From Chrysomallon squamiferum (lineage: Eukaryota > Animalia > Mollusca), in contig CM022676.1 of assembly GCA_012295275.1 (NCBI GenBank), forward strand, positions 12,090,001 through 12,154,000: a stretch of DNA of 64,000 bases, in the 5' to 3' direction. This document shows positions 1 through 13,744 of this stretch, one piece after another. The notes beneath the pieces are model-generated. The model did no database searches. It was not told where the DNA came from and saw only the letters and a list, made by a program, of their open reading frames with translations. The first letter of the stretch is position 1. Each line of letters begins with the position of its first letter. The translations under genes were made by a program, and so were the position numbers.

Positions 1-505
1 TTTTTTTTTTTTTTTTTTTTTTTTTTTCTTCTTCTTCTTCGTCTTCTTTTATTTATTTATTTTTTAATTTTATTTATTTATATTACTTTTTCTTTTATTG
101 TTTCTAATTTTGTTCTTTTGTGGAACTGGTTTATTGCTGTTTTATTTTATTTCTATTGTTAGTGTTGTTGTTGTTTCGTTTCTTTTGTAATAATTTCTCT
201 GTAGTGATTTTTCTTGACGTTGTGTATGTTGTTGTTGCTGCTGCTGTTTTCAAATGAAAGAAAATTAGTTATCACGACTCACTGATTCCATCATTAGAAA
301 AAATTAATTATTATTATTATTGTTGTTGTTGTTGTTAATAATCTGAAGATTGCCAGGGCTTCGTAAAAGCTAAGATGAATTGAATTTAATTACACACACA
401 GTCATGCACACATAAACTCATATTTACATACATCCATATGTACACACATATATATATACACATATATATATACACGCATGTGCACACAGACACACATGCA
501 TATAC

Positions 506-573
<68 letters not shown>

Positions 574-1279
574 TTATATATATATATATGTATGTATGTA
601 TATATATATATATGTATGTATTGTATGTATGTATATATGTATACAGAAAAAACGACACATACACATTCACACATACACACAGAACTCTGTGTAGTCTAAA
701 CACGCTACTGTAATTCTACAGCAATGTCGCTGAGCTGATAACGTAGATGTCAGTGATAAATGAAATATCGGAGATAAAGTTTGACCAATTCACGAATCGA
801 TTTCTCTCGCCTCGTTTCGTAAACCCGATCATCATTTAATCTCTTCCTTTGAAGGTTTTCATTTGTCGATTTAAACTGGAGCCTGCGAGTCATACGCCGA
901 TTTCTGTTTTTCACACTCGTCAGTTTTATCTGCTAATTCGAGGACGTTAGCCTCGTTTTTCATTCACTGCAGATCCCGAGTCTGGTCAGTGACAACAGAA
1001 TGGATCGAGACTAAACACCGGACGCACAAACACGGTGCGAAAACACACACATCTCGGTAATAGAAACTTCCAGTTGACGTATTTCTTTGCAATAGATTTG
1101 TGACATTTAAATGTTGTTAAAACATGATTAGTCGACTGTAAGCCGCGATGATAATGTGTGTGTTTTAAACAAATAAAATAAGAGAGTGAAAAACGATAGT
1201 GTACAATGGACGGGGATGTGAGAACCACTGATTTATGAAAGAATGATTTGTTGTATCTGTCGTCTACGATATTTCACCA

Positions 1280-1357
<78 letters not shown>

Positions 1358-2644
1358 ACACTTTTACATAACGACTGCTTTCGAGACATCACAGGAGGGT
1401 TGTGTTTAAAACTATTACACTGACAGAAATCACTGCTATGAGACAGACATCCAGACTGACGTCCATGACAAGCAAACTTTGACTCTTTGCAGCGAGAGAA
1501 TCAATAGAGACGTATCCTGCATGTCTACTTCATCTCAGTCTGCTTCATACACAAAGCTGGCGACATTATCTGGATGTGATTTTGTAAAAAATATTGATTT
1601 CCATTACATCTTACATGCTTAATATGATCACAAAAAAATATCTTCTTCACTCAGTGATAATCCATATCGATGTTTTGGGCAAATATTTCGAGAAACACAG
1701 TTTGTAACTTCTTTACTTATAGACACAACACACACACACACACACATAAACACAGAAACACACACACATACATACACACACAGAGAAACACACACACATA
1801 CACACACAGAAACACACATATAAACACACAGAAAAACACACACACATACATACACACACACACAGAAGTACACACATAAACATAGAAACACAGACGCACA
1901 TATACACACAACTACATATACACAAAACACAAACAAGCACACACAAACACACAGACAAATACATGCATAAATACACGAGCACAATAATATATAACCATAA
2001 ACCCAAACATACTCACTCACACGTATGTACTCAAAGACACAGACACACACACACACACATATACACATACAAACACATACACGCACAAAACCACAGAATC
2101 ACAAACACACAGACACACAATGTCACACACACAACTTTTGAAAAAAATAAAATCTCGGCAAAATCAGTTATTTTCTGTGATCAAGAAATTTTCTCACCTG
2201 CCTCTACACCCCTCCCCACAAAAATGTAACCAACCCCACCCGGTTCACAACCCAGACACGCCCAAACACCAAAAAAAACCCCGCGTACTCGCTGACCTCG
2301 TTCTCTTTGACACGTCTGCACTTCTCAGCCTCGATCTGAAAATTCAGCATCAGATAGCGTATCGGAAATTGAATCCCCTACGAAAGTAATGAAGTGAACT
2401 CTAAGATAGGACGAATTAGTGACACAGATTTTCTATTTTATTCACAATTAACATCCAAGAAATGAGATGTCATAATGTGGGTCACTGCTATTTATAGAAC
2501 AAGAAGAGGAACAAGAAGACGAAGACGAAGAACAAGAACAACAACAACATTAACAATAATTTGCTACTATTACAACTAAAATGACTACCTCTGCTATTGC
2601 TATTATTGCTGCTACTGCTACTGCTGTGTTATTTATTATTATTA

Positions 2645-2701
<57 letters not shown>

Positions 2702-3326
2702 TTGTTCTTCATATTACTGTCGTTGTTGTTGTCTAATGATAAAGCTTGAAAGTAAACTTTCTGTCACTATTTTCACCTCGTGTCAGCAATGGTTCATTTA
2801 CCTAAACACCAATACTTTGATAATTGTGCATTGGTTGGAACAGTGAAAAGACGTTACAGACGTATTGACAAAGATCTTTTATACCATGTACAGACAAGAA
2901 CTCAAATATTCCGGTAGAATTTGCTGAATCATTAATGAGGCACTGTTTGGAACGGGATAGAGCCAAAATGAACGTAATTGGAGGAATTATCGTGCGATGT
3001 AGGCGGGTAATCTAACCACTGAACATTTCTGTCTATTTCTAGTTAATGAGTTACTTACTGATGTCGATATAAAATGTAGATTAGTATTTCAGGTAAATTA
3101 CCTGTAATCACGACCTGCTTACAGGAAGATGTAGGTGATGTACTTTGTTTTACTGTGTTTTGTTTGACGAGGCTGTTGTTAGGTGTGTCTGTAGAGTAAC
3201 ACTCGATGTGTTAAACCACGGGAGAAGTTTGTTACTTTACTGTGTTATTCAAAGTAACTGTTGTAACACGTTTGTTTGCTGTTTTGTTTGCTTTTGTTGG
3301 GTTTTCTCCCCTTTTTAACCTTTTCA

Positions 3327-3432
<106 letters not shown>

Positions 3433-4138
3433 TTATTTTTTATTGATTGATTTGATTTGATTTGATTTTTTGTTCAGGTGTTTCTGTAGGAAGGAAGACA
3501 TTTATTTACTTATTTCTATTCGCCTCTAACTAAGGTCAGTGAATTTGAAATGTCAGAAACAGTTTTACGTGTGTCATAACTACATAGAATTTATTACGCA
3601 AAAGTTAAAACTGAAAATGTCAGTGAAAACGTAATATTAAACTGCGAAAAAACGTGAAAAAAAAAACAAGAAGTGAAAAAAACAAGAAAAGATAATCACA
3701 AAATTACCGGCCGTGTTGTTGTTGTTGTTGTATCTTTTTGCGTTTTAATTTTACACCTGCCTCCTTCTTCTTTACACTGTGATCACTTTAATAAAAAAAT
3801 ATATATATATCTAAGAAAATATCTAAAACAATTAATTGAATGGCTTTTGTTTTTAATAAAATAATGGGTTTTATTTATTTATTTATTCGTTCGTTTATTT
3901 ACGTATTTACTTATTTATTTTTGAAGAATGCGTGGTCGTTTGTTTTAAAAATGATTGATTTTATAAGATTCTTATTATAGTCAGATTATGTGTGGGTTAC
4001 ACTAGTTTTCACTCAGCTTAACACGATTGTAAAACAAAAAACATACAAAATCTTCTTTTTTAAATTAATAACTATTTACTTTTTGTTTCTTTCTTCATCA
4101 TCGGTTACAATGTCACAATAACTCTCTCTCTCTCTCTA

Positions 4139-4194
<56 letters not shown>

Positions 4195-4870
4195 ACTAAA
4201 TTGTCACACCACTTGTGTTGTTCGTGGTCTTCCCGTCATTAACTTCTAGATGAGAATAAAAATAGCTCAAAGTGACAGCCCAGAATTAAAAGGTCAGAAC
4301 TTTTTCTTTAAGCAATTTATTTATTTAATTGTTTCGGCGTTGGCGGATGAATATATCAAGATTCATTTTAACAAGAACAATCGATAGCGTCCTCAATTAG
4401 AAGCGGAAGTAGGTCAGGGATGGTGCACCAGACTGAGGAGGAAAACGCAAAAGAATAAAACTTCCGCAGGCCTGACCGTTACACTGTTTGACTTTTCAAA
4501 CAGTAATTATAACACTAGCATTTGCTGCAGAAGTCTGTCGTATGTATTTGCCTGTTAAAGGGAAGGTATCTATAAAATATATCTTACTGTTAACACAAGC
4601 AATAGGTTTTCTTTCCAGGTTTTAGGAAAAATACCAAATTAAAAAAAAAATTAATTGTGTATGTAACAACAGTAATTTCTCTAGCAGAAACATGAACACA
4701 ACAAAACACTGCAGACTACAATTACGTGCAAACACAAAATACAGTTCAAAGATTCGTACAAAACGGTGGTGTTTATATTTAGTTGTTTTCAAACACTGAC
4801 GTGTTGAAGAGATGAGCAGGGCAACTGTTACTGAAATAACAAGCCAATCGTAAACACCATCAAGAGAATA

Positions 4871-4948
<78 letters not shown>

Positions 4949-6212
4949 CATCATCATTATTATTATTATTATTGTTATTGTTAATAGACCAACAAGAGGA
5001 ACTTCAGTGTTACATTTCTACAAACGTGAAAGGTTCTGGGATACACACAAGAATGTTTTGTAGATTTTCAAGTAATATTAATAAATCATGCCTGGACGAG
5101 TTATCGTTCCTGTTGCCATGGGCGACGGTGCCAGGAAACGATTACTTTGATTTTGAGGCGTCAGTTAAAAAGCAGTTTTGGCTCGCAATAAAATTGATTT
5201 CAAGTTTCTGTAAGCCTCGCTTTCACTGAAAACGTCTGTGGAAAACATTCATCTGGACACGAATGTTGGAAACGTGAGATTCCGCTCAGATTGAAACTGT
5301 CTTTAATTGTTAGAAAGTTCCATTCAGAGACGACAACTCTTGTCTGAAACTGTTATTACATCAGTTTACTGAGTTTTATTAAACAAGACTGAAACACTTG
5401 TACAAATTATAATTTGATTTGATTTTTTTTTTTTTTTTTATTCTGGTGCAGCCCACTAAGTTACGAAAACGGCTTTATTCTCTTTCTGTGAGTGACTGTT
5501 AATCAGAGCATTACGTTCGAAGCAACAGTTACAACCTGAAATAAAATGTTTTCAAAGCTTGCATAAACATTTCATTCATTCATTCATTCATTCATTCCTC
5601 CCCCTCCTCCTTCTTCTTCTTCTTTTATTAGTATTATTATTATTAGTAGTAGTAGTATTACATTTTACATACATACATGCATGCATACATACATACATAC
5701 ATACATACATACATACATACGTACGTACATACACATACTCACACATACATACATATATACATACACATACTCACACACAGAGTGTCCATCAAAACTCTTC
5801 AGAGTATTTCTTGTTTTACTGCGAACTTCAGTTTTTCTATTTTTTTCAGAATCTCACAGCAGAAACGTGTTATTGGAACATGATCTGAGTCATCACTGGA
5901 AGATGTGAGAAAGGGTAACGTACATTTAAACTGATACTCACCTCCATGTAACAAAGTTCATTAACCTCAGACACTTTGTTAGTAGTAGTCTGATCTCTAT
6001 TTTTACTTAAACTTGAACTGCACATACCTCTCTCTGTCTCTGTCTACCTACCTGTCTGCCTATCTGAATGTCTGTCTGTCTCTGTAGCTGTAGTTCTGTC
6101 AGTCTATCCACCGTCCTAGGTAACTATCTGTATCTTGTTTCTTGTCTTTGTATTTGTTGAGAGATGCATGGACAGACTAACACAGAGGGACGGACAGAAA
6201 GGCATTCAAACT

Positions 6213-6265
<53 letters not shown>

Positions 6266-6926
6266 GTAGACAGACAGACAGAGAGACAGACAGGTAGATC
6301 ATAGAGAGAGAGAATAAGAATTACCTACATTAATACATTCACACACACAAACACACATACACTTACTCACTCACACACACACACACACACACTCACACAC
6401 ACACACATATAAAGACATTATTGATTACAAATACATTGGGATGTTTGTAGTAAACACTAGTTATGTATTTATAATATAATTACAGAAACACAGCGTTGTA
6501 CAAATCTGTGTGAATACACTGTGCTGTACAAGACTTGTCTGTGTAACTGAGATTGTGTTAAAACTGAAACGTTTCGTTGTTTTTTTTCATCTCTCAGAGT
6601 ATTTTTCTTGTTCATGTTGCTTTCAGGGAGGCAGTCAAGTGTGACGAGTGTGTTATTAGCTGTGAGTTGCTCGTGACGGGAAACTCTGCAAACTGATCTG
6701 CGCCTGTCCGGCTTGATTAACTGTCTGTGTCCGGTCTGAGGTGGGAAAAACAACTCACAGCGCTCAGAAAATATTTTCATTTTAATCTTTTCACCAGAAA
6801 CTCTTTTTTCTTCACCAGAAACTCTTTTCTTTTCACCAGAAACTCTTTTCTCTTCACCGCCATCACGCTTCATCTCAGAACAGAAAACAATCAGACTCTC
6901 AGAAACAAACTGCTAATTTACTTATA

Positions 6927-7007
<81 letters not shown>

Positions 7008-7726
7008 CTTACATGTACACAGATGCAAACACACACACAAACGATATATTTATTTATTTATTTATTTACTCATTTATTTTTTTATTTACTTATTTACTTA
7101 TTTATTGATTTATTGATTTATTACTGTTAGACGTTCTTTACACTGTTTCATCATGGCGCACTGGTTTGAACTGGGAAGTAGAAAAAGTAGGTCACACACG
7201 AGGAGGTGAACCAGTGACCTACAGAACCTCAGTCAGCTATCGTACTTTTATCTGGGAATCTGTGATCAAATCAGGTTCGAGTCACGAAAGTGTGTCACAG
7301 ATGAATTAATATGCTAATGCAGCAAGACTCTGGTAATAACACAACTTTCATATTCATAACCTGTCTGCTGTTCCCTGTCTTCTGATACAGATATTTCACT
7401 CAGTGAAGTGAAACTTGTAGACTTTTCTACGTTTTCGTCCGATTAGCATCTAAATAGCTTTTCTCCTTCTCTGTGTTTTGTTTTTTATCTGTCTCTAACG
7501 TAACTCGTTTTTTGTCTGTATGGCCGTCAGACACTTCTAATCTCTCTGCAGATCTCCAAGTATTACCTGTCTGAAAAACTATTCACCACTGGGACAGTCA
7601 ACCGATTTAGTTATCTGCTTTTAGGCTTGTCTGTTTATGTGTCTCTCCGTCTTTCTGTCTCTGTCTGTCTGTCTGTATATTTCTCTGTACATATACATAG
7701 CAGACAGACTGTCGTATCTACTTACA

Positions 7727-7779
<53 letters not shown>

Positions 7780-7781
7780 GA

Positions 7782-7812
<31 letters not shown>

Positions 7813-9763
7813 TGTATCTATGGAAGATGACCCTGTGAAGCTGTTTACTTATTCTGTTTATAATTTGTTTGATTACTTTGATGTTTATTATTTCCACTGC
7901 TACATTCAGCTGAACGTGTTGCTTGGTTCTGATTTTGTAGATTTTTGTCATTAGATAAAGATTTCAACATTCTGAATGGCACGTGTGTCACCGCGTCCTT
8001 TGTTTTGTAGTTTGAGTTTTCTTGCACGCGCTCAGAAAGCGCAGTTCACGTGACCTGCTAACTAGAACAACAAGACGTTATCAGATATCTCGTTTTGTTG
8101 CAAGTATTACTTTTCCATTTTTTCCTTCTTCTAGTTTTGACTACTTCTGAATTTTCTTATATATATATATATATTATTTTTTTTTATTAAATTTTTTTAT
8201 TATGTATTTTTTTTTATTATATTTTTTTTTTTATTATATATTTTAATTTTATTTATTAATTTTTTTTATTATATATTTTTTTTTATTATATATTTTAATT
8301 TTATTTATTTATTTCTTATTATATTATGTTATTTTATTTTATTTTATTTTATATATTTATTTATTTTTTTTTTTTTTTATATTATTTTTTTATTTATTTA
8401 TTTTATTTTTATTTTTATTTTATTTTATTTGTCTTGTAGCGCTCTATTCGTGGAGTCCTTGAATTTCTGGATTGAGAAAGAAAACGGAGAAGAAACCATG
8501 AGAAAACATCAAACAACAAAATGAAAAAAAAAAAAAAAATAAAAGAACACGAACAAAAGGACAAAAAAAAAGACAACAAATTCCAATGTTTATCAAGTCG
8601 TCTTAATACATTTACTAATACATCAAAGGAAACAAACAAATAAATAAAATTTAAAAAAGAAAAAGAAAAAACAGAAACACATTATTAATTAATAAAATAA
8701 AATTTAAAAAAGAAAAAGAAAAAACAGAAACACATTATTAATTAATAAAATAAAATAAAATAAGAAAATAAAGATTATGGTTACCATTATAACGTCATCG
8801 CTCGTTTTTGACGCGGTAAATATTATGTAGATTAAATATAAACAAATAAATACATAAATAAATAACATCTCAGAGATAGATTTTATCCATTTTTCGTGGT
8901 TTTGAAAAACGTAGATCATAATCATTTACAAAAACATTATTATTACTAATATTATTGTTGTTGTTTGTTTGTTTGTTTGTTTGGTTTTGGTTTTAAGAAA
9001 AATGTCTCATCTTCTACGTTAGCCGTAACGACAAAGGACGTACAGACTGCGTGAAACAGAATTACGTCTCTTTACTTCGATGTTCAACAGCGAGAAAATA
9101 AATCAAATCGTCTATCACACTACTTCTTTCCGTCGATCTGACTAGACCCATTTTCATACAAAAATCCTCTTTTTAGCGCATCCCGGATTAGGAGAAATTG
9201 TCAGTATTTGAATAACCAATGATCTTTCAGATGACAAATCAATAAATAATTGGCATTCATTGGTCCACTGGGGCTGTTTTACACGGCACCACGAGCTCGG
9301 GACATTTCGTAAAACAAACGAAAGATAACGAAGCAAGATGCTGGAATCAGCTCGAGGTTATTAAAATCTAATTAGGTCACTGGTGTTTCCGCGCTCACAG
9401 ATAAACGAAGGTCTGAGATTTTGCTACACTGATGTTTGAAATTTTTTTCTCTCTCTCTCTCTGTAATTTTTATATTGAATTTTGGATCGAAAGATCCTCA
9501 AAAAGAACGTAATTAAGAGTTTCGGTGGTTTCTGATTTTCATATTCTGCAACAACAATTTCCATGAATTATTTCTGCAGACGCCTACGTTTCCTGAGAGC
9601 AGGTTCAGTGGTTAGAGTGACAGACTGACGTGCAGAAAGACGCCGAGTCGCATTATCCTGGTACGACGGTTGAGCTTTTTATTTTATTTTATTTTTTTTT
9701 TCTCCTTTATTTTAATATTTTATTTCAAGCTTTCTTCTCAAAAGTGAGCAGAAATGTGTGTGT

Positions 9764-9767
<4 letters not shown>

Positions 9768-9844
<77 letters not shown>

Positions 9845-10056
9845 GTCACTGCGAAGTTAAACGTAGCTAAAACACACAGAAACTAAACGTGTCGTTAGAC
9901 TTGTGAGATTTTCTGTGATTCACGAAACATTGTGATGTGATGTGAAGTAAAATTAAACAAATGAAATGACACAGTGCGTGTTTTATAATTAAGTCATTCT
10001 GAGAAAAAAAAGCAGATAACAAGAAAAAAGAAGAGGTGAAAAGTTATTAAAAATAA

Positions 10057-10087
<31 letters not shown>

Positions 10088-10124
10088 TTTAAAAATCGCT
10101 TTTTCATGTATCTGATTCATTTGG

Positions 10125-10194
<70 letters not shown>
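9768..10194 (+). repeat. Short interspersed element between (GA)n and (TC)n, copy 1
   Basis: Core gacgtcactgcgaagttaaacgtagc...gtcattctgagaaa recurs at 25449-25615 and inverted at ~45560-45755. Confidence 0.85.
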
Positions 10195-10197
<3 letters not shown>

Positions 10198-10657
10198 TGT
10201 CTCTTTCAGCTGACCTGAATGAACGCTAAGTGACGTCATCGAACAAGTAACAAGAAAAATCTCCATTGATCAGAACGTTTTCTTCGCTGGATCACGTGAT
10301 GTCAAGGCGGACTTGAGCGAGATTTTAAACTGAACAAATCCAATTCTCGTCAAACACTCTGAAAGTTAATCTGCTGCCGTCTTAAATCTTGTTTTCGTTA
10401 ATCAGATGAAATTACACTTAACGTGTCACAACTCAAACCATTTCCAAGAGATGTCTCACTGGACGCGGAAGCTTCAATAGAGTAACCTCCCTTGAAGCCT
10501 CTCCAAACGGCACCAGCACAGAACTAATTGTATTTTTATAAATCTCCAGACAAGAAGATTACATTAAGATTTCTTAACCATATGAGTATAAAAATAAGAA
10601 CAGTGTGCTTGTCAAGAGATTAGGTTCGTTAAAAAACAACAACAAAAACTCCCCAAA

Positions 10658-10692
<35 letters not shown>

Positions 10693-11845
10693 GAAACGAT
10701 TCACATTAAGTCAACGAACATTATGAATATAAAAATCTGTTTTCATTTTAATTGATTTATTTTTTAATTTAATTTAATTTTATCGTATTAAGTCGTGGGA
10801 GACGTTTCGGATATAAAAATAACAACTGCAACAACAACAACAACTATTATAATTTCTTATCATCATCATCATCATTATAAGATAAAATAATAGTAATAGT
10901 AATAATACGACAGTTATTCTGATCTAATCGCAGTTTCAGACTGACTGACACAAACCAGTCATTTGTGTTTGTTTACTTCGCAGCTAGCCAGCCTGTACTT
11001 AACAACATTTAATCTTTGTATAACTGCAAAATCAAATCAGTAAACATTAAAAACCTAATCTCGGTTTTCAGCTCGGTTACAAACATATTACACGACAATA
11101 TCTCCTCAGTCGAGCCGTTTATTCCCAGTACGATTAAAACTGACAGCGCAGGTCATTCACCCCTTCGCGTTCCGTCCAAGATTTCTCAGTGATGACGTTT
11201 ATTACTGGCCGCATCGAGGACAGGTACCTTTCATCCTCCCCCATCCCCACGTTTATGTCAGTCGTATTTGTTTATTTATTTATTTTTTTGTTTGTTTATT
11301 TATTTATTTATTTATTTATTTATTTGTTTATATTTAATCTTCATATTATTTACGCGTCAAAAACGAGCGATGACGTTATAATGGTAACCCTAATCTTTAT
11401 TTTCTTATTTTATTTTCTTATTTATTTATTTATTTATTTATCTATCTATTTTTATTTATACTTATACTCTTTTAATTTTTAATTTCTTAAATTTTATTTT
11501 GTATTTACGCTCATTTCATCGTGACGGTTTTGTTCGCTGATGACGACGTCGCTCTTAGTCGCAATCACTGAAGTGGAACACTCGCCTGAGTAAAAATAAA
11601 CATCAGCGATTCCGTCGAGTTTTTTGATGACGTTCAGAGGAACGGACTAATCTGCGATAGCAGACTGACTTCATCTTGATTGTGGGTAACAGTGAAAATA
11701 TTATTGTGTACAGGAAGGGTCAATGACCGCTGCAGCTTAGACACGTTTCACCTGCATTAGACATCACGTTTTTAACGTCACGTTTGTAACGTCACGTTTG
11801 TAACGTCACATTTAGAACGTCACGTTTAGAATTTAATGTTTTGGA

Positions 11846-12143
11846 TAAGCATGGGCGATCTCGTTTTGAGAAGCGGGCCACATGAATCATGGCTCATCCT
11901 CAGGCGGGCCGCAGGTACAAATTTAGACGATTTCGTGCTTTTTAATGTAGAGTTTGTTTTAAGAAATTTTTCATTTTCATTTTACTTCAGGAACTGTTAT
12001 AATAAAAAAAAATACGTGTGTTTTAGTGTATTAGCAGATACGAAATAGATTCATTTTATAAAATTTTAAATTAACGTTATTTTCCATGTGAAATTAGGTG
12101 GGCCACTCCTTAAATCGCGTGGGCCGCTGTTTGCCCGTGACTG
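11846..12143. mobile_element. hAT (Charlie-like) non-autonomous MITE, ~300 bp
   Basis: Imperfect TIRs taagcatgggcgatc / gtttgcccgtgactg; subterminal gcgggcc/gtgggcc motifs at both ends; degenerate 8-bp TSD gttttgga / gtttagaa (6/8 match). Confidence 0.65.
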
Positions 12144-12551
12144 GTTTAGAACATCACGTTTCAGAACGTCACGTTTCAGAACATCACGTTTCATAAGTAA
12201 TTATAAAATATCTACACGATAGCTCCTGTGTTGAGTCAGGTTAATAATGTCTACTCCACCGCCATTCTCCCGTGTTGTGCTTGGCAAAGTTTAAAATATC
12301 TGAGTAATAACACCTACACGTAACAGTGTTAATTAGCAGTAAGTGAGACATTTCAACACCTTGTCTGTTCACAGTAAACAACACACTTATAAATACGTCA
12401 GTCTGTCTGTCTGTCTTTCTATATGTCCGTCCATCTATCTATCTGTCTATCTGTCTATCTGTCTATCTATCTATTATTTATCTAAGTGCGTGCGTGTTTG
12501 TTATCAGTTGCTGTTTTATTTTCATAATTTAAAAAAAAAAAATTAAGTTTA

Positions 12552-12643
<92 letters not shown>

Positions 12644-13625
12644 CACCCCTGCATCTTGCTATATTTCTTTTTTGTTTGTTTATTTTTGTTGTGTTTTGTT
12701 TCTGTGTTTTCACATTTAAAATACTTCATGATTCATTTTAAAAATTGTACAATTTGACACAATTTTAACTCGCTGGTTTTAAAACAGACAACAACATCAC
12801 GTGAACGGTAACGCAGATGTAGCTATCATTTGATTGGCTGATATAAATAGTTTGTATCTCCTGACTGCTGTGATAACAACTCATTAAAAAAAAAAAAAAA
12901 AAAAACAAAAAAAAATGTTGAGAAATAAGAAAACTGAAAATGGAAACCTCAATGGCTTCTTTTGACACTGCACTGAAAGAGTAAGAAAATTTACAGTTTT
13001 TTTTTTTTTTTTCTCTTCATGATAATAAAAGATAAAAAATATTTGTTTTTTGCAAAGTCACATTTAAATAGAATAACTATATTTTGTATGCAACACAGAG
13101 CTATTTATCTACTACTACTGCTTCTGTTACTACTACTGCAACTACTACTACTTCTACTACTACTACTACTAAGACTACCTGTACCACTACTTTTACTATC
13201 GTCTTTCTTCTTATTATTATTATCATCATCATCATTATCATCACCGTCATCATCATGATCGTCTTTGTCGTTGTTTCTCATCATCAACATCACTAATACC
13301 ATTCTTATTGCTGTTCTGTTATTTTTGTTGTCGTTGTAGTTGTTTCAGTGACAGTAGCAGTTGGGAAGAAGCAGAGAGACCGACAGAACTACGGACTGAA
13401 TATTAAACTGAGAAAATCTTGCAGGAAAATCCATTATGCGAGATGACAGATAGCAGAATGAGAACTACATCGCGTCAACGTCCGACATGAAACCTGTCTA
13501 TCGTGAAATGATTTATCTGCACTCGTAAGTCGAGCTAAATCCTCATGAATCGAAATAGAACCCGACTGTAAATCGAAAACAATGCAGAAAACAACGAAAT
13601 GCTGATTGGAGGGGAGGGAGGGAGG

Positions 13626-13744
<119 letters not shown>

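Noticed and set aside
9600-9662. tRNA-like ttcagtggttagagtg
   Set aside because: Only an A-box resemblance, with no cloverleaf or B-box. At most a SINE remnant.
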